From Armatimonadia bacterium (GTDB taxonomy: Bacteria > Armatimonadota > Zipacnadia > Zipacnadales > UBA11051), in contig JBDKRC010000021.1 of NCBI GenBank assembly GCA_039683575.1, forward strand, positions 1 to 51,274: DNA of 51,274 nucleotides. The letters run 5' to 3'. Both the position numbers and the translations under genes were made by a program. The notes below the pieces were generated by a model. It did not search any database. It saw nothing but the letters and a program-made list of their open reading frames with translations, and was not told the origin of the DNA. Shown here piece after piece: positions 28,657 to 38,664 of the stretch. Every line of letters begins with the position of its first letter. The first letter of the stretch is position 1.

Positions 28657-28795
28657 CGGAGGCGGGCGAGACGCCCGCGATACGCGGGTTGGGTTGGGCC
28701 GAACGGGTCGTTGATAGCGGCCGGCGGGGTACGAGCCCCCGCCCTACAGCCGTCGCGGAGGCGGGCGAGGCGCCCGCCTCCGCGGGTTGGCCTAC
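28657..28795. repeat. REP cluster
   Basis: gcgggc-gagac-gcccgc; ggcggggtacgagcccccgccCTAC; gcggaggcgggc-gaggc-gcccgcctccgc. Confidence 0.7.
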
Positions 28796-29706
28796 CCTCG
28801 AGCCCGGCGGCGGGCAAGGTAGGCGCTCAGGCCGCGGCCGAAGGGCTGGTCAGTGGTCATCAACTCGTAGTCTATGCCCACGCCGCGGCAGCCTTCGCTA
28901 AGTTGGGTCTGGTAGACGTTGAACTCCCGCCGGTAGGCCGCCCTCACGTCGTCGGTCTCGGTCAGCAGCGTTTCATGGGTCTCCAGGTCCTCGAAGATCA
29001 CAGGACCGTGGAAGTCGAACTTCACCTCCGCCGGGTCGAGGACGTGCAACACGATCACATCGTGCCCGCGGTGGCGGAAGTACAGGAGCGAGCGCAGCAG
29101 GCGCTCGGGGTCGTCCAGCAGGTCCGAGATCAGCACGACGATTCCACGCCGAGTGAAGGTGGCGGCGGCCTCGGCCAAGGCCTCGGCGAGAGCCGTGTCG
29201 TCGCCAGGCTGGGCGGTCTCCAGAGCTGCCCAGAGGCGCTGGAGGTGAGCAGGGCGGGTGCGTGGGAGGTACTTCTCGCGGACGCGACGGTCTACGAGGG
29301 CGAGACCGGGGGCGTCGTTTTGCCGCGTCGTCAGGTAGGCAAGGCCGGCGGCGAGGTAGGAGGCGTACTGGAGCTTGGTCACCGCAGCGGAGGAGTAGCC
29401 CATTGAGCCGCTGACATCGACTACCAGAGCCACGTTCATATTAGTTTCGGCATCGTATTGCTTGATGAAGTGGCGGTCGGTGCGGCCGAAGACCTTCCAG
29501 TCGAGGTGGCGGAGTTCATCGCCCTGGGTGTAGTCGCGGTGATCGGCGAATTCGACGCTGGCACCCTTGAAGTGGCTGCGGTGCTGGCCGGAGAAGTGGC
29601 CCTCGACCATGGTGCGGGCGCGCAGTTCCATTGAGCCGAGGCGAGCGAGGGTTTCGGCGGTGAGGGCCGCGGGTAGGGAGGTTTGGGTTGGAGAGGCGTC
29701 GGGCAT
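28792..29706 (-). CDS. DUF58 (vWA-like, MoxR-associated) protein
   Basis: GQHRSHFKGASVEFADHRDYTQGDELRHLDWKVFGR, DVSGSM, LISDLL. Confidence 0.9.
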   Translation of the reverse strand: MPDASPTQTSLPAALTAETLARLGSMELRARTMVEGHFSGQHRSHFKGASVEFADHRDYTQGDELRHLDWKVFGRTDRHFIKQYDAETNMNVALVVDVSGSMGYSSAAVTKLQYASYLAAGLAYLTTRQNDAPGLALVDRRVREKYLPRTRPAHLQRLWAALETAQPGDDTALAEALAEAAATFTRRGIVVLISDLLDDPERLLRSLLYFRHRGHDVIVLHVLDPAEVKFDFHGPVIFEDLETHETLLTETDDVRAAYRREFNVYQTQLSEGCRGVGIDYELMTTDQPFGRGLSAYLARRRARG

Positions 29707-29796
29707 TGGTGCTGCCGCCCCTTCGGGGCTCAGTTGTGGGTGGCATCGGAACCGGGGGCGTGCGCCCCCGGCTAGAAGCTGACGGGCCTGCGGCCC
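29707..29796 (-). repeat. Three-hairpin dispersed repeat element (copy 2)
   Basis: Minus strand gggcc-gca-ggccc + gtcagcttctag + ccgggggc-gcac-gcccccgg + about 22 nt + gcccc-gaa-ggggc. Confidence 0.6.
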
Positions 29797-30039
29797 TAAC
29801 GGCGTGAAGGGCCCGATGGCGTGAAGGACCTGACGGCAACCCGGTGAAACGCGGCGGGCCGGATGCACGATGAGGCTGTGCATTCGGCCCCTCCCGGCGG
29901 AGGCGGGTTAGGCGCCCGTTGCCCGGTCATCGAGTCAGTGAAACTCCTCGGCCTGCGTCTCCCGCCCGGCTGGAAGCCGGGCTCTGTTACCATTAGCTCG
30001 CGGCAGGGATGCCGCTCGTACGGCTGGTTGGCGCGCGGA

Positions 30040-30477
30040 CTATTGGGCGGACTCGCCCATGGCTGAGCGCTTGGCGCCTTCGGTGGCCAGGGCGTCGGCT
30101 TTCTCGTTGCCGCCACGGAGGATGTGCTCGATCTCGAACTTCACGAACTTGCCTCGCAGCTTGTTGGCCCACTCGTACAGCGGGCGGATTGCCGGGGTTC
30201 TTACCTTATAGATGCCCAGCATCTGGCGGGCCATGAACTGGCTGTCGGTGCGGACGCTCAGGTGGGTTATGCCTCTCGCGGCTGCTTCGCTCATTCCGGC
30301 TATCAGGGCCTTGTATTCGGCCACGCCTACCGTGGTTGTACCCAGCGGTATTGCCCGTGCCGCGATCTCTTCGCCGCGCTCGTCGGTAATCACGAACCCG
30401 GCACCGGCCGGTCCAGGATTGCCCTTTGAGGCACCGTCAGTGTGTAGTGTCGCCTTGATTATCTCGCTCATCTTCAT
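30040..30477 (-). CDS. rnhA: Ribonuclease HI
   Basis: TDGASKGNPGPAG, AEYKALI, TDS, NEKADALA (D-E-D-D catalytic residues). Confidence 0.92.
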   Translation of the reverse strand: MKMSEIIKATLHTDGASKGNPGPAGAGFVITDERGEEIAARAIPLGTTTVGVAEYKALIAGMSEAAARGITHLSVRTDSQFMARQMLGIYKVRTPAIRPLYEWANKLRGKFVKFEIEHILRGGNEKADALATEGAKRSAMGESAQ

Positions 30478-31609
30478 CCGTTTCTTCAGTTAGTGGTGTG
30501 ATTACAGAACTGTCTTCCCCATAGCGGCTGATCAGCGGCGTGGGCGGCAGCTTGGCAGGCTCCGGGGCCGCAATGACATCCGGCGGGAGCGGAGCCGGTG
30601 GCGCGTACGTGCCCGGCAAGGGGGCTGTCTGCCCCGGCAGCAACGTCGCGGGTCGGAGCGGCATGTCCTTGCCGCTCTTTTGCATCGCCTCGGCCAAAAG
30701 CTGCAGGTCGAAGGCTTCCTTGCGCACCCTCAGGTCATAGTACAGGAGCACTATGCTGCTGACCCAGATGGGCTGCAAGAGCATGCTTACGGCAGTCTGT
30801 ATGCCCTGGCTGAGCGCCTGCCCAAGGCCCACCTTCCCTACCATCGTCAGGGCCATGGCACCAAACGACAGAGGCATGCTGACGGTGTAGGTAGCGACCA
30901 GAACCAGCAGGCCCAGCAACATCGCGGTGCCAAAGACCCGCCACCAGTGGCCAGTCGAGAGGCTCCAACTGCGCTGCATGGCCTCGAGAGCCCCCTGCCG
31001 CTCGATCGCAACGATTGGTCCGACGAACATGAACCTGACACCGATCCAGAGGCCAGGCATGACTGACAGCACGACCAGCACGATGGCAGCCGGTATCGCC
31101 AGGATAACGTATTCGGTCCCCATCTTCTCGGCCGCTCTCACCAGCATGGTGGAGGCGAAGATCGCGCCCGTGAGCAGCGGCACCAACGCGGCCATGGTGA
31201 CCAGGGCCACCAGCACGACAGCCCCCAGCAGCGTCCAGAAGCGGCTCATCACCAGCGAGTAGGCATCGCTGACGCTGCTCTCCTGGCCGAGGTAGCGCCG
31301 GGACACGGCCACTGCCAGGGCAGCCTCGCACAGCGGGACGGTCAGGCCATAGAGCACGGCGATGAGCATTGCGAAGCCGCCGACGTAGGCCATGCGCTCG
31401 GCAGGGAAGTCTGGCGTAGGTCCTTTGGTGGGATCCACGCCGCTCATGATCAAATACATCATCACAGACGTCATTAGCCCCAGGGGGGCGTAGACGATGG
31501 CTATGATGCCGAAAAAGACGCCGAAATTCCGGCGATAGAGTCTGATGGCGAGATCAATGATATCGGCAGTATTCAGCGGGCGAAGCACCGGCGCGGCAAC
31601 AGCGTTCAT
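30437..31609 (-). CDS. Integral membrane protein (GPDPase-membrane-domain-like) with Pro-rich tail
   Basis: LRPLNTADIIDLAIRLYRRNF; RSWSLSTGHWWRVFG; LLYYDLRVRKEAFDL. Confidence 0.75.
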   Translation of the reverse strand: MNAVAAPVLRPLNTADIIDLAIRLYRRNFGVFFGIIAIVYAPLGLMTSVMMYLIMSGVDPTKGPTPDFPAERMAYVGGFAMLIAVLYGLTVPLCEAALAVAVSRRYLGQESSVSDAYSLVMSRFWTLLGAVVLVALVTMAALVPLLTGAIFASTMLVRAAEKMGTEYVILAIPAAIVLVVLSVMPGLWIGVRFMFVGPIVAIERQGALEAMQRSWSLSTGHWWRVFGTAMLLGLLVLVATYTVSMPLSFGAMALTMVGKVGLGQALSQGIQTAVSMLLQPIWVSSIVLLYYDLRVRKEAFDLQLLAEAMQKSGKDMPLRPATLLPGQTAPLPGTYAPPAPLPPDVIAAPEPAKLPPTPLISRYGEDSSVITPLTEETDEDERDNQGDTTH

Positions 31610-31827
31610 GTTTGGCCCCCTGGCAGATTTGGGCTAAAGTCAGGTGCGCGACCTGCCGATATCATGGTTAGCAACATATTGAGAAGGTGTCATCATGTGG
31701 CTGCTAATCGGCATTCCAGCGCTGATTCTCACCGTTGCCGTCATCGCCGCGACCCTCGGCGCCAGCCGCTATGATGAGGCAGCGGCTCCCGTTCACCACC
31801 GGCACAAGGTCACGGAACTGCCGGTTG

Positions 31828-32874
31828 CTACCGGGCACACGCCGGCCAATCGGCGTTCCGGATAACGGCTGGAGCCACCTCGTCGCCGAGCAGTTCGACA
31901 CCGCCGGGAAGCTCCACATCCTCCTCCGCAATCACCCACTGCGCCGTCGCCCCCGCCTGAATGCTGTTGCCACCGTACAGCATGGCATTCCCCAGTCGCG
32001 CGCCATCATGCACCGTGACGTCGCGCAGTAGCGAGACGTTGGGGCCGATAGTGGCCTTGCCGACCTTGCAGCCCGGACCAATGTATACCGGGCCCGTGAG
32101 TTCGGCTCCTGCGGCTACCTGCGCCTCAGGATGAACTATCACGCCGTCGGGCTGCGCATGCTGAATCATGGTGGCGTTGAGCTTGAGGGCTGTGGAGGGA
32201 CGGGCGACGTCGGACCAGTAGCCCACCACTTCCAGGCCCCGTATCTCCGCGCCGCGCCCGAGCATCGTTTGGATGGCGTCGGGAACTTCCTTCTCGCCGC
32301 GGGCGGAGTCGGGCGTATCGTGCAGTATCCTCAGCAATTCGGGCGTGAAGATAAAGATCCCCGCGTTGTTGTAGTGCGTGGTTGCAGTGCCCTTCGGGGG
32401 CTTCTCCACGATCTTGGTGATCTTGCCATCCTCCAGATAAACAGCCGCACCCTCCCAGGGGTCCTCTACCCAGTTGAGGCTGAGGACTGCCTCCGGCTGC
32501 TCCTCGCGCCAGACGCGCGCGAGGTTCTGGTAGGTCTCGGGACCGACGATGATGTCACCCCAGGAGAGGAAGAAGGGCTCGTCGCCCACGAAATCCTCGG
32601 CGAGCATGGTGGCGGCGCCGGTTCCTCCGGCCACTTCCTGCCAGGCATACTCCAGGCGGACGCCGAGCCGTGAGCCGTCGCCGAGGCACTCCTGGATTTT
32701 GTCGCCAAGGTGTCCGATGACGAGGCAGAGATGGTCAAAGCCGGCGTCACGGGCGCCGGTGATGATATGCTCGATCATGGGCCGGTCGAACACCGGCACC
32801 AGGGGTTTGGGACGGCGCAAAGTCAATGGCAGCATGCGGGTGCCTTTGCCCGCTGCCAGTATGACACCTTTCAC
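31828..32874 (-). CDS. Sugar-1-phosphate nucleotidyltransferase family protein
   Basis: GVILAAGKGTRMLPLT..PKPLVPV, EKP, YWSDV; C-terminal left-handed beta-helix-like repeats. Confidence 0.88.
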   Translation of the reverse strand: MKGVILAAGKGTRMLPLTLRRPKPLVPVFDRPMIEHIITGARDAGFDHLCLVIGHLGDKIQECLGDGSRLGVRLEYAWQEVAGGTGAATMLAEDFVGDEPFFLSWGDIIVGPETYQNLARVWREEQPEAVLSLNWVEDPWEGAAVYLEDGKITKIVEKPPKGTATTHYNNAGIFIFTPELLRILHDTPDSARGEKEVPDAIQTMLGRGAEIRGLEVVGYWSDVARPSTALKLNATMIQHAQPDGVIVHPEAQVAAGAELTGPVYIGPGCKVGKATIGPNVSLLRDVTVHDGARLGNAMLYGGNSIQAGATAQWVIAEEDVELPGGVELLGDEVAPAVIRNADWPACAR

Positions 32875-32972
32875 AATTGCGAACCTCACTAGCGGTCGTA
32901 GATCGTCTTCTATAGCTTTCCCCGCGGGCCCGGAAGGTCCTCCCCGCTGCGGTGCGGAATCTGGGGAGCGTG

Positions 32973-34301
32973 ATGAGCATCCCTCCGCGTCTCTATTGGC
33001 CCCTTGTGGCCTGCATAGCGGTGATATACCTCGCCCTGGGCACGCTCAACATCGTGCGCCTGCCGGCCATCAACGGGCCGGACGAGGGGGCTCACCTGCA
33101 GTATGTGCAGGTGCTGCGAGACCAGCATCGGCTGCCGGTGCTGCCGAGGTTCGTCCAGCCGGGGCAGGAGGCGCTCGCGGCAGAGCAGGCCCAGCACCCA
33201 CCGCTGTACTATGCGATCCTGGCGGGGGCGTCGTATGTACTGCCGCCGCTGGAGACGACTTTCACGCAGCGGGCGTTCAAATTCCTGTCGCTGCTCATGG
33301 GGCTCGGGGGCCTGTGGGCGCTGGCGGTGTGCGCGCGGCGACTGTGGCCGGAGGACTTGCTGACGGGGCTTGCGGCGACGGCGTCGCTGGCGTTCCTGCC
33401 GATGTTCTGGGTGATGACGTCACTGATCAACAACTCGGCCGGGTCGCTGCTGGCCAGCGGAGTGGCGCTGCTCCTGCTGCAGAAGGCGCTTGGTAACGAG
33501 GAGATCAGGCCGCGACAGTGGTTTTGGGCGGGGTTGGTGGTGGCGCTGGGGATGATGATGAAGATCACGGCGGCGTGGCTGGTGCCGGTGCTGGTCGTGG
33601 CGATCTGGGCGCGGTGGCGACGGGAGCCGGAGAGGAAGTGGCGGCAGCTATGGTCGATGGTGTGGCCGGTGGCGCTGCCGCTGCTGGTGATCGTGGGCGG
33701 ATGGCTGCTGCGAAACCAGATCAGCTTCGGCGAGATCATGCCGGAGCGGGTGTTGAAGCGGGAGTATTTGCCCGCCGGGATACTCACTTTGCTGTTCATG
33801 GAGCCGTCGGAGGCGGCGTATGCCGGGAAGCTGCTGCTGTTCGTGTTCTTTGTCACCATCCCGCTGAGCCTGGTGACGCCATATTGGCTGCTGCGGACGG
33901 CGATGACGCACGCGCAGGCCTACACGATGTTTCTGGTCTACATGCTGCCGGCGCTGGGGGCGCTGATACTGGAGGGCGTGCGGCGGCGGAGGGAGTTGCT
34001 GGCGCAGCCGACGGCGCGGCAGGGGCTGCTGCTGGCGTGCCTGCCGGGGGTGCTGGCGGGATGGGTGATTGCGCTGACGGCGGTGATGCACGACTGGAAC
34101 ACGGGACTCTATGCCGGGCGGTATATGGTGGACGCGGCGCCGGCGTGCGCGCTGCTTTGGGCGGCGGGGATGCAGAAGCTACTGCCAGCGCCGAGGGCGC
34201 GGCTGGTGGGGCTGATCGTGTGGCTGGGGGCGCTTCTGGCGGTTTCGGTGTGGGTGCATGGGTTCATGTTCAGGTTCTTCGCGGCGATTCCGACCGGTTA
34301 G
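32973..34301 (+). CDS. GT-C fold membrane glycosyltransferase (PMT/ArnT-like)
   Basis: GPDEGAHLQYV, QHPPLYY; multiple TM helices; GRY near the C-terminus. Confidence 0.75.
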   Translation: MSIPPRLYWPLVACIAVIYLALGTLNIVRLPAINGPDEGAHLQYVQVLRDQHRLPVLPRFVQPGQEALAAEQAQHPPLYYAILAGASYVLPPLETTFTQRAFKFLSLLMGLGGLWALAVCARRLWPEDLLTGLAATASLAFLPMFWVMTSLINNSAGSLLASGVALLLLQKALGNEEIRPRQWFWAGLVVALGMMMKITAAWLVPVLVVAIWARWRREPERKWRQLWSMVWPVALPLLVIVGGWLLRNQISFGEIMPERVLKREYLPAGILTLLFMEPSEAAYAGKLLLFVFFVTIPLSLVTPYWLLRTAMTHAQAYTMFLVYMLPALGALILEGVRRRRELLAQPTARQGLLLACLPGVLAGWVIALTAVMHDWNTGLYAGRYMVDAAPACALLWAAGMQKLLPAPRARLVGLIVWLGALLAVSVWVHGFMFRFFAAIPTG

Positions 34302-34314
34302 GCCGGAGGTTTTG

Positions 34315-35259
34315 ATGCATCGTTACAGCGAATATTCGTGGCTGCGGGGCTTTAGCGTGGTCCCATCGTGGGGGGCGCGGATTGAGCAGGCGTGGTGGGA
34401 CTACGAGCCGGAGCGCTTCAGGGAAGAGATTGCCCTGGCCACCACCGTCCACGCGAACTGTCTGCGGCTGTGGATCGAGTTTCCGGCGTGGATGGCGGAC
34501 CCTGAGAGCGTGACGGCCTCGTTCCTCGATGCGGTAGCGGCAGTCGGCGAACTGGGCATGGCCGCCATGCCGTGCCTGTTCAACCGCTGGCATGACTATG
34601 ATTTCGACTATGGCGGCACGTATACGGAGGACCTGTACCGGAACCGGGCACCGAAGCTGGAGTATGTGCGGGCGCTGGTGGAACCGCTGCGGTATGACCC
34701 GAACGTGCTGGTCTGGGACCTGTGCAACGAGCCCCAGGCGTTCAACCTCAACAGTGAGGTGAACCAGAAGGAGTACCAGTGGCTGGAGCAGGTAGCGGCG
34801 ACCGTGCGGGAGTGCGGCGCGCGGCAGCCCATCACCATTGGGACCATGGTCGGCAGCAACATCGAGGTCTATGCGCCGCTCATGGACGTGCTGTGCGCGC
34901 ACCCTTACAAGCACACGCCGCGGGAGCTTGAGGCGGAGATCGCGTTCTATGACCAACTGCGGGCGAAATATGGCAAGCCGCTGTTGGTCAACGAGACCAT
35001 CCCGGGATGCCTGGATGACTTGAGGCGGGCGGAGGTTGCGCGTTTCTATACCGAGATGCTGACGGAGGCCGGATGCGGGTGGATGGGGTGGGCTTTGCGG
35101 GAGGGGAAGGCGATCTCGACGCGGCGCGACCGGCACGATCGCAATGGGCTGGACGGGGAGGGATTTCACCCGTACTTCACGGCCGCGGGTAAGCTGCGTG
35201 GCGGGCTGGAGTTCCTGACAGAGGTTCCGGCGCGAAGGGCGCCCTGGCTGGAGAGATAG
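34315..35259 (+). CDS. Clan GH-A glycoside hydrolase (GH5-like)
   Basis: WDLCNEP acid/base motif; HPY; PLLVNE nucleophile motif; GGAGG RBS. Confidence 0.75.
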   Translation: MHRYSEYSWLRGFSVVPSWGARIEQAWWDYEPERFREEIALATTVHANCLRLWIEFPAWMADPESVTASFLDAVAAVGELGMAAMPCLFNRWHDYDFDYGGTYTEDLYRNRAPKLEYVRALVEPLRYDPNVLVWDLCNEPQAFNLNSEVNQKEYQWLEQVAATVRECGARQPITIGTMVGSNIEVYAPLMDVLCAHPYKHTPRELEAEIAFYDQLRAKYGKPLLVNETIPGCLDDLRRAEVARFYTEMLTEAGCGWMGWALREGKAISTRRDRHDRNGLDGEGFHPYFTAAGKLRGGLEFLTEVPARRAPWLER

Positions 35260-35302
35260 ACGGCGGGGACCACGGTCCGCCGCTACAGAGGGAGGACCTA
35301 CA

Positions 35303-36166
35303 GTGCGGTTCAATGTTGATGAGGCAAAGTGCACTCTGTGTGGCGCGTGTTTGAAGACCTGTCCCACCGATATGGTGCGCGAGAAGCGGGGAGCGATCAA
35401 GATCAGCTATGTCGCCTGCATCGGCTGCGGGCACTGCATGGCGCTTTGCCCGAGCGGGGCGGTATCGCTCGATCAGATCGAGTATGAGGGGGAGTTCGCG
35501 GCGCGACCGGCGCTGACGGCGACGCCGGAGCAACTGCTCGACGTGTTCAAGGCGCGGCGGACGGTGCGGCAGTATCTGCCCGAGCCGGTGAGCCGGGAAG
35601 AACTTGAGTTGCTGCTCGAGGCGGCGCGGTATGTGCCGACCGGGGCGAATGCGCAGCCGCAGGAGTTTCTGGTCATCACCGATGAGACGGCCAAGGCGGG
35701 GCTGCGGGATGAGATCATGGAATACTACCGCGCGTATGCGGCGGCCCTGGCGGACAGGGAGCACCCCCAGCACCTGGCCGAGTTTGGCGGGACGGGCACG
35801 GGTGAGATGCATGAGCATATCCTGGCGGCGGTGCCGTCGTTTGTGAAGAATGTCGATGCGGGGCGGGATCGGCTGTTCTTTGAAGCGCCGGCAGTCATTG
35901 TGATCCACGCGCCCAGGAATGAGGTACTGCCAGAGTCGGCTTGTGCGTTTGCATGCTTTGCGATCACGCTGATGGCGGAGACGATGGGGCTGGGGACGTG
36001 CATCACCGGATATGCGTCGCTGGCGCTGCAGGCGTTGCCGGAGTTGGCTCGGGAGACCGGGGTGCCGGAGGGGAATGAGGTGTATTACGTGGTGGTGGTG
36101 GGGAGGCCGGCCGAGGATTGGCAGATGGTGCCGCCGCGCAAACCGGCAAACGTGAGGTACGTGTAG
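35303..36166 (+). CDS. Nitroreductase with N-terminal 2x[4Fe-4S] domain
   Basis: CTLCGACLKTCP, CIGCGHCMALCP, RRTVRQY, PTGANAQ, GLGTCITG. Confidence 0.9.
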   Translation: MRFNVDEAKCTLCGACLKTCPTDMVREKRGAIKISYVACIGCGHCMALCPSGAVSLDQIEYEGEFAARPALTATPEQLLDVFKARRTVRQYLPEPVSREELELLLEAARYVPTGANAQPQEFLVITDETAKAGLRDEIMEYYRAYAAALADREHPQHLAEFGGTGTGEMHEHILAAVPSFVKNVDAGRDRLFFEAPAVIVIHAPRNEVLPESACAFACFAITLMAETMGLGTCITGYASLALQALPELARETGVPEGNEVYYVVVVGRPAEDWQMVPPRKPANVRYV

Positions 36167-36169
36167 GTC

Positions 36170-36244
36170 TCGCGTGGTAGGCATGCTCCGCATGCCGGAA
36201 CCACGTTCAGTGATCCCGGCATGCGGAGCATGCCTACCACGCGA
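36170..36244. repeat. REPIN-like perfect inverted pair (29-bp arms, 17-nt spacer)
   Basis: tcgcgtgGTAGgcatgctccgcatgccgg and its exact reverse complement at 36216-36244. Confidence 0.8.
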
Positions 36245-36252
36245 ACAAAAGC

Positions 36253-36283
36253 AAAGCGCGCCCCCTGGTTGGGGGCGCGCTTT
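36253..36283. terminator. Bidirectional-type intrinsic terminator downstream of groEL
   Basis: aaagcgcgccccc-tggtt-gggggcgcgcttt with A/T runs on both sides. Confidence 0.8.
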
Positions 36284-36304
36284 GGTGTTTGAGGCTTTGG
36301 TGGA

Positions 36305-37960
<1,656 letters not shown>

Positions 37961-37975
37961 TTAGACGGTGTCTAC

Positions 37976-38260
37976 CTAGTCCTTGATGGCGAGAATGCTG
38001 CTCTCGTCGATCAGCAGATAGTCGGTACCTTCGTAGCTGATCTCGGTGCCGCCGTACTCGCTGTAGACGACCTTGTCGCCGACCTTGACGCCAAGCACTT
38101 TGCGCTCGCCCTTGTCGTTGAGCTTGCCAGGGCCTACGGCAATGACTTCGCCCTCGCGGGGCTTTTCCTGCGCCGCTTCGGGGAGGATGATCCCTCCGGC
38201 GGTCTTCTCTTCGGCTTCGAGGGGTTTGACCAGTACGCGATCACCCAACGGTTGAAGCAT
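37976..38260 (-). CDS. groES: Co-chaperonin GroES
   Basis: MLQPLGDRVLVKP, TAGGIILP, VKVGDKV; ATG at 38260. Confidence 0.98.
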   Translation of the reverse strand: MLQPLGDRVLVKPLEAEEKTAGGIILPEAAQEKPREGEVIAVGPGKLNDKGERKVLGVKVGDKVVYSEYGGTEISYEGTDYLLIDESSILAIKD

Positions 38261-38342
38261 AGGCTGCACACCACCTTGATCGAATGTCCCGGAAATACCG
38301 GTAGTTACTGAGCTGCGCGCCGCCGGTTTTTGCCCGGCAGGC

Positions 38343-38369
38343 TTAGCACTCGCCACGGCAGAGTGCTAA
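38343..38369. promoter_or_regulatory. CIRCE operator (HrcA binding site)
   Basis: Exact TTAGCACTC-N9-GAGTGCTAA upstream of groES. Confidence 0.97.
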
Positions 38370-38376
38370 CGGCGCA

Positions 38377-38404
38377 ATTATAGCGTAGTGCGATGAAAAG
38401 TCAA
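38377..38404 (-). promoter_or_regulatory. Sigma70 promoter of groESL
   Basis: Minus strand TTGACT, 16-nt spacer, TATAAT, immediately upstream of CIRCE. Confidence 0.85.
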
Positions 38405-38462
38405 CTATTTCGGGGAAGAAGGATGACGGTGAAATGGCGGCGGGCTGAGGCTCTGTGAGCTC

Positions 38463-38507
38463 AGACGAACAGCTATGGCCCGGCTGTGAGCCAGGCCGGG
38501 CCATAGC
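38463..38507 (-). terminator. Terminator-like hairpin after the small basic ORF
   Basis: 13-bp stem gctatggcccggc/gccgggccatagc; weak U-rich tail on the minus strand. Confidence 0.6.
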
Positions 38508-38527
38508 GGCGATTGTCAGGCTGCGGG

Positions 38528-38626
38528 CTACTCCTCCTTGTGCTGCTTGCCTTTAGCCCTTTTCTCTTTGAGCGCCTTCTTGGTCTGCTTGGCGGGTTTG
38601 ACGGTTTTCTCGCGTCGGGTACTCAT
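38528..38626 (-). CDS. Small lysine-rich protein (32 aa), not in the ORF track
   Basis: MSTRREKTVKPAKQTKKALKEKRAKGKQHKEE*; AAGGAG RBS 7 nt upstream of the ATG; terminator-like hairpin downstream. Confidence 0.6.
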   Translation of the reverse strand: MSTRREKTVKPAKQTKKALKEKRAKGKQHKEE

Positions 38627-38664
38627 CTTTCATCTCCTTGTGGCGACATGCCAAGGTGTCGCGA

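Noticed and set aside
29707-30039. RNase P RNA (rnpB) downstream of rnhA, suggested by minus-strand AACAGAGCCCGGCTT
   Set aside because: No GAGGAAAGTCC P4 5' strand, and the motif lies at the wrong (5') end of the interval. It is better explained as a repeat hairpin.
28792-31609. Complete MoxR-DUF58-vWA chaperone operon
   Set aside because: Only DUF58 and a membrane protein are present; there is no MoxR AAA+ ATPase in the window.
38261-38356. N-terminal extension of GroES in the ORF track
   Set aside because: It overlaps the CIRCE operator and 5' UTR; homology begins at the ATG at 38260.
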